The notes under the pieces are model-generated. The model saw nothing but the letters and a program-made list of their open reading frames with translations, made no database searches and was not told the origin of the DNA. A stretch of DNA of 64,000 bases. It comes from an uncultured Desulfobacterales bacterium (GTDB taxonomy: Bacteria > Desulfobacterota > Desulfobacteria > Desulfobacterales > C00003060). The stretch lies in contig CAYTTQ010000004.1 in NCBI GenBank assembly GCA_964440795.1, positions 3,622 to 67,621 of the forward strand, given 5' to 3'. Shown piece after piece: positions 20,734 through 29,171 of this stretch. Position 1 is the first letter of the stretch, and each line of letters begins with the position of its first letter. The position numbers and the translations under genes were made by a program.

Positions 20734-20823
20734 GGCAAGTGAGGTTGAAGTTTTCTCCTCCTTTCCTTCCTTCACACCTCCTTTAAAGCCCTGCCGGGCG
20801 AGGCCGCCCGGCAGGGTTTTTTT
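20734..20823 (+). ncRNA. candidate ~90-nt sRNA with CU-rich (anti-Shine-Dalgarno-like) loop
   Basis: Bounded by the sigma54 promoter and a strong intrinsic terminator, with no ORF. Hairpin 20741-50/20770-80 has the loop UUUUCUCCUCCUUUCCUUC. The 5' end is inferred from promoter geometry. Confidence 0.45.
20789..20823 (+). terminator. intrinsic terminator
   Basis: 12-bp perfect stem CCCTGCCGGGCG/CGCCCGGCAGGG, loop AGGC, then seven T residues. Confidence 0.85.
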
Positions 20824-21017
20824 ATCAGACGCCGGCACTACGTCAAAATCGCGTCCATGTGGGTGTCAATCAATTGACAAAGCCTGCCGATGCATATAGG
20901 TGACCTGTCCGATGGCGTACAAATTCGGTTCGCCAAGGCACCTCAAGTAAGCCGTAGACCCGCTGCCGTTGACAGAGAGATAATCCGCCTCGTGGCCGGT
21001 TTGCCCGGTGGGCAGGC

Positions 21018-21203
21018 CTAAGGGCTCGCGCAAAAATAACTTCACATTTTGCCATCTCGGCTTCCGCCCGTCTTTGCCCGATACCTCACTCGCAAAACCT
21101 CGACATAGCCTGCTATGCCTGCGATTTTGCTCAATCGGATCGGCCAAATCCGAACCCAATCCGAGCGCCCATTCTGTGAAGTTATTTTTGCGCGAACCCT
21201 TAG
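21018..21203. mobile_element. MITE-like 186-bp palindromic element
   Basis: 29-bp terminal inverted repeats CTAAGGGCTCGCGCAAAAATAACTTCACA (21018-46) and its reverse complement at 21175-203 match at 28/29. The arms continue as an imperfect inverted repeat (CTCGG.TT..CG..TTTG.CCGAT.CC). There is no coding capacity. TA dinucleotides flank the AGGG.../...CCCT ends. Confidence 0.55.
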
Positions 21204-21214
21204 CCGGGACGGAT

Positions 21215-21230
21215 TGGCACTGCTATTGCA
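21215..21230 (+). promoter_or_regulatory. sigma54 promoter upstream of the HTH-Hpt-GGDEF-kinase operon
   Basis: TGGCAC-TGCTA-TTGCA is an exact match to the -24/-12 consensus. It ends 41 nt before the ATG at 21272. Confidence 0.68.
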
Positions 21231-21271
21231 CAAAATCCGGAAAATCGGGCAAATTTGTAAAGGGGATAGGT

Positions 21272-21526
21272 ATGGGAACGCGATACTTGTCTACCCAAGA
21301 GGTGGGCTCGTTGCTCGGCGTGACGCGACAAACGATCAGAAATTGGATCCGAAAGGATCATGTGAGAGCCTTTCACATTGGGCAGAACCTAAAAATCTCC
21401 CCGCAAGAAGCCGTTCGTGTCCTGGAATACTATAAGTTGCCCGTACCGGATTGGCTCGAACGGGAGGTGGGACGGGCCGCCAACCCGAGGCCCGGGGCGG
21501 CCTATGAAGCGACGTGGTCCGTTTGA
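21272..21526 (+). CDS. small helix-turn-helix DNA-binding protein (excisionase/MerR-like HTH)
   Basis: Internal Met89 of tracked ORF 21008..21526; the upstream part of that ORF runs through the MITE. YLSTQEVGSLLGVTRQTIRNWIRKDHV is a typical excisionase-family HTH. Confidence 0.68.
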   Translation: MGTRYLSTQEVGSLLGVTRQTIRNWIRKDHVRAFHIGQNLKISPQEAVRVLEYYKLPVPDWLEREVGRAANPRPGAAYEATWSV

Positions 21527-21601
21527 TCCCGGGGCCCTCGCAGGCACATCCGGTGAAAAGAGGCACAGGAACATTCCCAGGGCGTTTAATGTAAGGAGGA
21601 G

Positions 21602-21940
21602 ATGGGCATGGATTTGAGTAGCCAGGCGACAGCGCTCGGTCTGGAAACCGGTGAATACCTTGAACTGGTCGAACTCTTTATGGAAAGTACGGATGCGGAT
21701 TTGGCAAGGCTGGAGTCCGCTCTTTCTTCTCAAACGCCGCAACAGGTCGCCGAAGCCGCCCACTCCATAAAGGGAGCGGCGGCTGGGCTGGGATTCGAAA
21801 ATACCCAAGTCCTCGCCAAAGAGATCGAGATGAATGCGCGGCAAAACGTCTTGGACGGAAGTCGTAAACAGGCCGAAGCGATAAAAAGCGACCTCGTGGC
21901 CATCAGTGAAGCGTTTAAAATGTGTCAGAATGTCGGATAG
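21602..21940 (+). CDS. Hpt histidine phosphotransfer protein
   Basis: 112 aa, with the AHSIKGAAAGLG Hpt signature. Confidence 0.8.
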   Translation: MGMDLSSQATALGLETGEYLELVELFMESTDADLARLESALSSQTPQQVAEAAHSIKGAAAGLGFENTQVLAKEIEMNARQNVLDGSRKQAEAIKSDLVAISEAFKMCQNVG

Positions 21941-22050
21941 CGGACTCGGCGTCGCAAGAGGTGTCAAGGGTCGGTTCATGGATACGACCGGTCCCATGGG
22001 GGATGCCGTAAACCAAGCGTTCAAGGCCGACTCTTTAGCGCGCGGGTGAT

Positions 22051-23034
22051 ATGGAGGGTATGAAGGCTGGCGTGAAAGATACAATTGCTGATTCCGAGAC
22101 CGGCTTTTCGGTCTTAATCGCCGAAGACAATCCGGTTTCCCGGGGGCTGCTGGAAAAGACGCTGGAGAAGACGGGATACAAAGTGGTGGTCACCCGGGAC
22201 GGGGAGGAAGCCCTAAACGTCTTTAAGCAGACCTTTTTTCCCATCGTCATAACGGACTGGATGATGCCCGGAATGAATGGCCTGGAACTGTGCGAGGCCA
22301 TTCGTGGGAATGCGTCAGACGGATATGTATACATCGTATTTTTAACCTCCAAAGATTCCAAGGACGACATTATCGCCGCCTTGAGTGCCGGCGCGGATGA
22401 TTATCTCGTAAAACCCTTCCATAAAGCGGAACTGATGGCCCGGCTAAGAACCGGAAAGCGGATTTTGGATTTGGAGCGGTCCTTAAGAGAGGCGAATGAG
22501 GATATCAAGCTATTATCGATTACCGATCCTTTGACCCAGGTCTATAATCGGGGGTACGTCATGAGTCGACTTCCCGAAGAAATTGGCAGGGCGCAGCGAT
22601 ACAATCATGCCTTGTCCGTAATCATGTGTGACATCGATCACTTTAAGTATGTAAACGATACATTGGGACATCTGGTGGGAGATGAAGTCCTGAAAAGTGT
22701 TTCCCAATTACTTGTCGACGGTATCCGAAACGATGTGGATTGGTTGGCCCGGTACGGTGGAGAAGAGTTTTTGATCGTCTTATCTGAAACGGGCACCCAA
22801 GGAGCGGTGGTGGTAGCGGAGAGACTGAGAAAGGCTTTGGCCGAAAAAACCGTGGACCCGGAAATGGAAAACCTTCATATCACGGCCAGCTTTGGTGTGG
22901 TGACCTATGATCCGGCCACCGTTGACCGGATTTCGCCGGAGGATGTGATTCGGCAGGTCGACCGACACCTTTATCGAGCCAAGGAATTAGGAAGGAATCG
23001 GGTCGTGGGAGGACGCCTTGAGTCACCCGAATAA
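22051..23034 (+). CDS. response regulator receiver + GGDEF diguanylate cyclase
   Basis: 327 aa. Receiver (VLIAEDNP...ITDWMMPGMNG) and an intact RYGGEEF active-site motif. Confidence 0.9.
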   Translation: MEGMKAGVKDTIADSETGFSVLIAEDNPVSRGLLEKTLEKTGYKVVVTRDGEEALNVFKQTFFPIVITDWMMPGMNGLELCEAIRGNASDGYVYIVFLTSKDSKDDIIAALSAGADDYLVKPFHKAELMARLRTGKRILDLERSLREANEDIKLLSITDPLTQVYNRGYVMSRLPEEIGRAQRYNHALSVIMCDIDHFKYVNDTLGHLVGDEVLKSVSQLLVDGIRNDVDWLARYGGEEFLIVLSETGTQGAVVVAERLRKALAEKTVDPEMENLHITASFGVVTYDPATVDRISPEDVIRQVDRHLYRAKELGRNRVVGGRLESPE

Positions 23035-24961
23035 GCGGAGGGTGTTGGTTGTAGACAACCATCCCGTCATTTTGAAATTCATGCGGCAGCTCTTGTCAAA
23101 GCACGGTTACGAGGTCAAAACCGCAAAAGACGGTCTGGATGCATTGGCGGTCCTAAAAGACTTTACCCCTGATGTGGCCTTCATCGACTTGGTAATGCCC
23201 AATATCGACGGGCGTAAGCTATGTGAGATGGTTCGCGGGATACCCCGTCTCAAGGAAGTTTACTTGGTGGTACTGTCCGCTATTGCTGAAGCGGAGATGG
23301 AGCCGGTATGCGAATTCGGGGCGAATAAATATATCACCAAAGGGCCGTTTGCTCAAATGGCCGCGGAGGTGTTGGGCGTATTGGGTGCGGAGGATCCGTC
23401 GGTGCTACGGACGGCGGGCGGAGACAACGGGAACGGGCACCATACCCATCTTCGCGAAGTGACCAAAGAATTGCTTTCCGTAAAACGACATCTGGAAGTC
23501 ATCATGATGAGTATGTTGGAAGGTCTGGTAGAGCTCAACCATGAGTTGCGCGTTGTTTATGCCAATCCAAAGGCCTTATCGCTTCTGGAGATTCGGGAAG
23601 AGGCGCTTCTGGGATCCTGTTTCCCCGAGTTTTTCCAAAATCGGGCCCGGGCCCGGGTCAAGGAGATGTTGGACGGGGCGGATACGATGCCTCGCCGGGA
23701 GGAAAAGCGCTCTACTTTCGAGTTAAACGGCAGGGACATCACGCTGAATGTTTCTCCGGTTAAAGACCAACAGGACAAAACCATCGTCGTGATCAACGAT
23801 GTGACAAAGCAAAGACGTATGGAGGCTCAATTACAGCAGGCGGAAAAAATGGAGGCCATCGGTACGCTGGCCGGAGGCATTGCTCACGACTTCAACAATC
23901 TCCTCATGGCCGTACAGGGGACGGTATCCTTGCTGTTGTTTAAAATGGACCATACGCATCCGTTTTACGAAAAGATCAGCAGCATCGAGCAGTGGGTGGA
24001 AAGCGGTGCGCGGTTAACGAGCCAATTGTTGGGGTATGCCAGAAAGGGCAAATATGAAGTCACATCGATTGATTTGAACCGTATGGTTCAGGATACCGCG
24101 GAAACGTTTGGACGGACCCGAAAAGATATCGTCATCCATAAGATGCTCTATGATAAACTATATCCGGCAAAGGCGGATAAAGGACAGATTGAACAAGTCT
24201 TGTTTAATCTGTATGTCAACGCAGCCAACGCCATGCCCGGCGGGGGGACACTCACGCTGGCCACCCGAAATGTAACGGATAAAGAGATTCCGGCGAATTT
24301 ATATGAGCCCCGACAGGGCGCATACGTGGAAATGGAGGTTACGGACACCGGCAAGGGGATGGACGCCAAAACCATGGACCGCATATTTGAACCCTTTTAC
24401 ACGACTCAGGAGATGAGTCGGGGTACCGGTCTCGGGCTGGCGTCCGTATACGGGATTGTCAAGGGGCACGAGGGCTATATAGAAGTTGATTCCGAGCCCG
24501 GTTCCGGCACCACGTTCAGGGTCTATTTTCCGGCCAGCCCGGACGCAACGGTTTCCGACCACCGGCGTCCTTCCTGTAAGGAGATCGGCCCGTGCAGACA
24601 TGAAACGATCCTGTTGGTCGATGACGAACAAATGATCCTCGAGGTCGGTCAGGAACTCTTGCAAGCCATGGGATATACGGTGCTTACCGCCGAAGACGGT
24701 CGGGAGGCGGTTCAAGTTTACGATAGCAACAAAGATTCGATTGACCTGCTCATTCTCGACATGGTGATGCCCGGGATGAAGGGCGGAGATGTGTATGATG
24801 AGGTCAAATCAATCAATCCGGACATTAAGGTCCTTTTATCCAGCGGATATAGTCTGGAAGGGGAGGCGTCGGAGATCCTCGACCGGGGATGTAACGGGTT
24901 TATACAAAAACCCTTTCATATGACGGAGCTTTCAGAGAATATTCGGAAGGTGTTAAAATAA
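23018..24961 (+). CDS. hybrid sensor histidine kinase (REC-PAS-HisKA-HATPase-REC)
   Basis: 647 aa. N-terminal receiver (VLVVDNHP..FIDLVMPNIDG), H-box IAHDFNNLL, G-boxes (DTGKGMD, GTGLGLA), and C-terminal receiver (LLVDDE..LDMVMPGMKG). Confidence 0.9.
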   Translation: MSHPNKRRVLVVDNHPVILKFMRQLLSKHGYEVKTAKDGLDALAVLKDFTPDVAFIDLVMPNIDGRKLCEMVRGIPRLKEVYLVVLSAIAEAEMEPVCEFGANKYITKGPFAQMAAEVLGVLGAEDPSVLRTAGGDNGNGHHTHLREVTKELLSVKRHLEVIMMSMLEGLVELNHELRVVYANPKALSLLEIREEALLGSCFPEFFQNRARARVKEMLDGADTMPRREEKRSTFELNGRDITLNVSPVKDQQDKTIVVINDVTKQRRMEAQLQQAEKMEAIGTLAGGIAHDFNNLLMAVQGTVSLLLFKMDHTHPFYEKISSIEQWVESGARLTSQLLGYARKGKYEVTSIDLNRMVQDTAETFGRTRKDIVIHKMLYDKLYPAKADKGQIEQVLFNLYVNAANAMPGGGTLTLATRNVTDKEIPANLYEPRQGAYVEMEVTDTGKGMDAKTMDRIFEPFYTTQEMSRGTGLGLASVYGIVKGHEGYIEVDSEPGSGTTFRVYFPASPDATVSDHRRPSCKEIGPCRHETILLVDDEQMILEVGQELLQAMGYTVLTAEDGREAVQVYDSNKDSIDLLILDMVMPGMKGGDVYDEVKSINPDIKVLLSSGYSLEGEASEILDRGCNGFIQKPFHMTELSENIRKVLK

Positions 24962-24973
24962 TGAAACGTTTCC

Positions 24974-26689
24974 TCATGGACAAACCCCGCATACATGACA
25001 CGTCTCCGGGTTGCACGGCGGCGTTTCTCTTTCCCTCATGGCGTTTCGGTACTCGGATATCAGGAAAGACTTTTTGATTCCGTTGTCGATAAAGTCCCAC
25101 GGCAGGATTTCGTCCCGTGACCGCGTCCGGTAGACGTAGAAATCGGGGTTGATAAAGGAGGCTTTTAATGTCTTCGCCCAGTTCCCCCCGTTGTTCAGAG
25201 CCTCGACCAGCAATCGGGCCGTACGTCTGTCTCCCCGGGAGAGAAGGGCCTGAACATACGCCCATTTGGGTATGTCCGAGTGGACCCGAACGTTGGCTGT
25301 TTTCCCCAGCTCCTTGCGAACATGCCGAATTCGCTTCTTCAACTCGCGAACCGATTCCAAGGGCGACCACTGAAACGGGGTAAATGCCTTGGGAACAAAT
25401 GAGTTGAGGCTTACCACGATGTGACCCATCCGCGCTTTGGGGCGACTCGCTTTGAGAAACCGGTGTTTGATCTTGTTACAGAGGACGGGGATGGCGTCTA
25501 CGTCATCCATGGTCTCTCCCGGCAGTCCGACCATGAAATAGAGTTTGATGTTTCCAATGCCCGTACCTACCAACTTGTCAACCGCTTCGAGGATATCCGC
25601 CTCCGAAATGCCTTTATTGATAATACGCCGCATACGTTCGGATCCTGCATCGGGAGCGATGGTTGCCGTTTTGGTCCCGGCTTGCTTCAATAATGCCAGG
25701 AGTTCGGGGGACAATAAGTCCGCTCGCAGAGAGCTAAAAGAGAGTTGGAGATGTTGGGCGGCCGCCGTGGTACAAATGGTTCGGATACCGGGTAGATCGC
25801 CGATGTCGGAGGCGACCAATCCCACTTTGGAGGTCCTTTCTCCAGCCCGGAGCAGCGCGGTTTCCAGTTGAGATTCCGGTCTAAACCGGGGCGGGCGATA
25901 CACAAACCCGGCGGCACAAAACCGACATCCGTGAGGGCAGCCTCTGGCGACTTCGATCAGGTGGGTGTTTGCAAATGTGGTGTGGGGGGTTAAAATCGTT
26001 GTGCACAGGGGCGGCGAAGACAGGTCCGGGACCATGGCCTGTTGAACCGGATTGGGAGCGCCATGTCGTGCGTGAAAGCCCTGGATGGTTCCATCCGATC
26101 CGTAATCCGTTTCGTAAAGTGCGGGGACGTAGATTCCGGTGACGTCTTTGGCTACAGCCTTTAGAAATGTCTCTTTTTGGCTATGCGTTTTGTATGTTTC
26201 GAAGAATCCCGGCAGTACCGCTTCTGCTTCTCCGATGACGAAACAGTCCACGAAAGGCGCCAATGGTTCCGGGTTGAGAAAACTGGTGACGCCTCCCGCC
26301 ATGATCAACGGGCAATCGGAGGAACGTCGAGAGGAAAAAAGCGGAAGTCCCGCCTGAGCGAGAATGGTTAAAACGTTAAGATAATCGTTTTCGAAAGAGA
26401 CGGAAAGGGCAACGATATCGAATCGGGGCAATGCCTGATTCGATTCCAGGGATGTCGGCCCGAGGCTTTCGGAACTTCCCGGTTCTCCGAGAAAGACCCG
26501 TTCGCATACGACGTCGGCAAAGGCGTTCATGATGCCGTATACACCCTGAAATCCCAGGTTCGACATGCCGATATGGTACCGGTTTGGGTAAACCAGGGCG
26601 ACGCGGGTCCTTTTCCGCCAGTCCTTTCTTATCGTTCCGATTTCAGACGATAAAAATGCCTTCCCCGTTCGTCGAGCGTTATGCCGCAT
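24974..26689 (-). CDS. B12-binding-domain radical SAM protein (TIGR03960-like)
   Basis: 571 aa. N-terminal VALVYPNRYHIGMSNLGFQ pattern and the radical SAM cluster motif CPHGCRFC. Confidence 0.78.
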   Translation of the reverse strand: MRHNARRTGKAFLSSEIGTIRKDWRKRTRVALVYPNRYHIGMSNLGFQGVYGIMNAFADVVCERVFLGEPGSSESLGPTSLESNQALPRFDIVALSVSFENDYLNVLTILAQAGLPLFSSRRSSDCPLIMAGGVTSFLNPEPLAPFVDCFVIGEAEAVLPGFFETYKTHSQKETFLKAVAKDVTGIYVPALYETDYGSDGTIQGFHARHGAPNPVQQAMVPDLSSPPLCTTILTPHTTFANTHLIEVARGCPHGCRFCAAGFVYRPPRFRPESQLETALLRAGERTSKVGLVASDIGDLPGIRTICTTAAAQHLQLSFSSLRADLLSPELLALLKQAGTKTATIAPDAGSERMRRIINKGISEADILEAVDKLVGTGIGNIKLYFMVGLPGETMDDVDAIPVLCNKIKHRFLKASRPKARMGHIVVSLNSFVPKAFTPFQWSPLESVRELKKRIRHVRKELGKTANVRVHSDIPKWAYVQALLSRGDRRTARLLVEALNNGGNWAKTLKASFINPDFYVYRTRSRDEILPWDFIDNGIKKSFLISEYRNAMRERETPPCNPETCHVCGVCP

Positions 26690-26741
26690 GTAACCCGTCG
26701 TTCATGGTCCCGCCCCGTCTTACCCTTTACGGTGTCACCGG

Positions 26742-27911
26742 CTAATCCGCCTTGCGTCTCATGAAGGTGGGGATGTCCAGGTCGTCGTGGTCCATGATAA
26801 TCCCCCGATATCCTTTGTAGTGGGCGCCGGTCCCTTCTCCTACGGCCTTGTTTTTCCGGATGAACGTGGGTTCGTCCAGGTTGTTGACCCCTGTCAGGTC
26901 GGCCTCCGTAATATCTCGTACCTTCCCGGAGACCGAGGGCCGCTTTCGGTCGGTTTCCGACTGGATGCCCGTGGCGATGACGGTGACTCGAAGTTCCTCG
27001 CCGATATTATCGTCAATGACGGTTCCCCAAATAATCTCCGCGTCATCGCCCGCCTCGTTGTAAATGCGGTCGGAGGCCTCGGTCATTTCGGCCATGGTCA
27101 AGTCGGAGCCGCAAGTGACGTTCATCAATACCCCTTCCGCACCGCTAATCGACACGTCTTCCAAGAGAGGATGGGATATGGCCCGTTCGGCCGCTTCTAT
27201 CGCCCGATTTTCTCCGCATGCCACGCCCGTTCCCATCAGGGCCATGCCGGCCTTGGACATGATGGTCCTCACATCGGCGAAATCCAGATTCACCAGGCCG
27301 GGCATCATGATGAGGTCGGTTACCCCCTTCACCGAGTGGAGGAGAATTTCGTCGGCCCGCCTGAACATGTCCAACATGGTCGCCTTGCGGGCAGCCAGCC
27401 CGCGTAAGCGATCGTTGGATATGGTAATGACGGTGTCCACAACGTCGGCCAGGGCTTTGAGTCCTTCTTTGGCCTGTTTCATTCGCTTTTTACCCTCGAA
27501 GCCGAAAGGCAAGGTTACCACGGCCACGGTAAGTGAGCCGAGTTCTTTGCTGGCTTGGGCGATGACCGGGGCCGCACCGGTTCCCGTCCCGCCGCCCAGT
27601 CCGGCGGTGATGAAGACCATGTGGCTGTCTTGAAGGGCGGTGCGAATGTCATCGACGCTTTCTGTGGCCGCCTGCTGGCCGATGTTCGGGTTGGCACCGG
27701 CGCCCAGACCTTCGGTCAATTTCTGTCCGATCTGAAGTTTGATCGGTGCTTGGGATACTTCCAGGGCTTGGGCGTCCGTGTTGGCCACCATAAATTTTAC
27801 CCCCTGAAGTCTGGATTCGATCATGTTGTTGACGGCGTTTCCGCCCGCACCGCCGACACCGACCACTTTGATTTTAGCCGAGTTTTCACTTTCTACAAAA
27901 TTAAATACCAT
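26742..27911 (-). CDS. ftsZ: cell division GTPase FtsZ
   Basis: 389 aa. GVGGAGGNAVNNM and GGGTGTGAAP. Confidence 0.98.
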   Translation of the reverse strand: MVFNFVESENSAKIKVVGVGGAGGNAVNNMIESRLQGVKFMVANTDAQALEVSQAPIKLQIGQKLTEGLGAGANPNIGQQAATESVDDIRTALQDSHMVFITAGLGGGTGTGAAPVIAQASKELGSLTVAVVTLPFGFEGKKRMKQAKEGLKALADVVDTVITISNDRLRGLAARKATMLDMFRRADEILLHSVKGVTDLIMMPGLVNLDFADVRTIMSKAGMALMGTGVACGENRAIEAAERAISHPLLEDVSISGAEGVLMNVTCGSDLTMAEMTEASDRIYNEAGDDAEIIWGTVIDDNIGEELRVTVIATGIQSETDRKRPSVSGKVRDITEADLTGVNNLDEPTFIRKNKAVGEGTGAHYKGYRGIIMDHDDLDIPTFMRRKAD

Positions 27912-27941
27912 AATCCACCTCCTGCTGCTTTTGATTTCGTC

Positions 27942-29171
27942 CTATATGATTTCTTTGAACCATTTCTTCATTCGGCTCATTACCCGGTTGAAGATATTCT
28001 TGTCCCGTATTCTGAATTTTTTCTTGGATTCCGATCGGGCCCCATAAAGAACCAATCCGACCGCTGTTGCATAAGTGGGGTTATTGACGACGTCCACCAA
28101 CCCCCGGATCCCCATCGGTCTTCCAATTCTGGTGGGAAGGCTGAATACCGACTCGGCGATATCGGCAACCCCTTCCAATAACGATGAGCCACCCGTTATG
28201 ACGATGCCCGCGGTAACCGTATCTTCCATCTGGGCCCGATAGATCTCGCGGGCGATAAGGTTGAAGATCTCTTCGACCCGGGGTTCCAGGATCTCTCCCA
28301 GAATTTGGCGGGAGAGGGTGCGGGGTTTTCGATCTCCCACACCGGCTACTTCAATCGTTTCGTCTTTGCCGATCTTATCCTTGAGACAGGTCCCATAACG
28401 AATCTTTATTTTTTCGGCCTCTTCCATCGGGGTGCGAAGTCCCACCGATATGTCGGTGGTGAGATTATTCCCCCCGACCGCCAGGACGGACGTGTGTTTA
28501 ATACTTTTTCCCTTAAAAATGGCCAAATCCGTTGTCCCACCGCCAAAATCGATGAGCGCTCCCCCCAGGTTTCGTTCTTCCTGGTTGAGCACCGTCTCAC
28601 TGGATGCCAGAGATTGCAGAACAATATCGGCCACATCAAGGCCGGCCCGGTTGGCACATTTTATCAGGTTGTGAGCGGAAGTGACGGCGCCGGTGACGAT
28701 GTGGATTTTGGCTTCCAGGCGAACCCCCGACATACCCTTCGGGTCCTGAATTCCCGCCTGCTCATCTACGATAAACTCCTGGGGGAGGATATGAATGACC
28801 TCTCGGTCCGGGGGGATGGCTACGGCCCGTGCGGCGTCGATTACGCGGTCGATATCCTTTTGAACGATTTCGTTGCCTTTTACGGCTACGATGCCATGGC
28901 TGTTAAATCCCATGATATGTCCACCGGCGATACCCGCGTAGACCGATGTTATTTCACAGCCCGCCATAAGCTCCGCTTCCTCTATGGCCTTTTTTATTGA
29001 ATCCACCGTAGCTTCAATATTGACTACCACCCCTTTTCGAAGGCCAACGGAGGCATGCGTCCCAATGCCCACAATATCAATTCCTTCCGGGTTGACCTCG
29101 CCCACCACGGCACAGATCTTGGTGGTGCCAATGTCCAAACCGACAATGAGTTCTCCCTCGCCTTGCCCCAT
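27942..29171 (-). CDS. ftsA: cell division protein FtsA
   Basis: I prefer the start at Met8 of the tracked ORF. Its ATG at 29169-71 overlaps the ftsQ stop and is preceded by AAGGAG. LIVGLDIGTTKICAVVGE is actin-like. Confidence 0.93.
   Translation of the reverse strand: MGQGEGELIVGLDIGTTKICAVVGEVNPEGIDIVGIGTHASVGLRKGVVVNIEATVDSIKKAIEEAELMAGCEITSVYAGIAGGHIMGFNSHGIVAVKGNEIVQKDIDRVIDAARAVAIPPDREVIHILPQEFIVDEQAGIQDPKGMSGVRLEAKIHIVTGAVTSAHNLIKCANRAGLDVADIVLQSLASSETVLNQEERNLGGALIDFGGGTTDLAIFKGKSIKHTSVLAVGGNNLTTDISVGLRTPMEEAEKIKIRYGTCLKDKIGKDETIEVAGVGDRKPRTLSRQILGEILEPRVEEIFNLIAREIYRAQMEDTVTAGIVITGGSSLLEGVADIAESVFSLPTRIGRPMGIRGLVDVVNNPTYATAVGLVLYGARSESKKKFRIRDKNIFNRVMSRMKKWFKEII

Noticed and set aside
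21389-22084. 231-aa minus-strand ORF spanning the HTH/Hpt region
   Set aside because: It overlaps the plus-strand Hpt gene (HSIKG motif) and the HTH gene. It recognisably matches no family, and the plus-strand operon, with its sigma54 promoter, explains the region.
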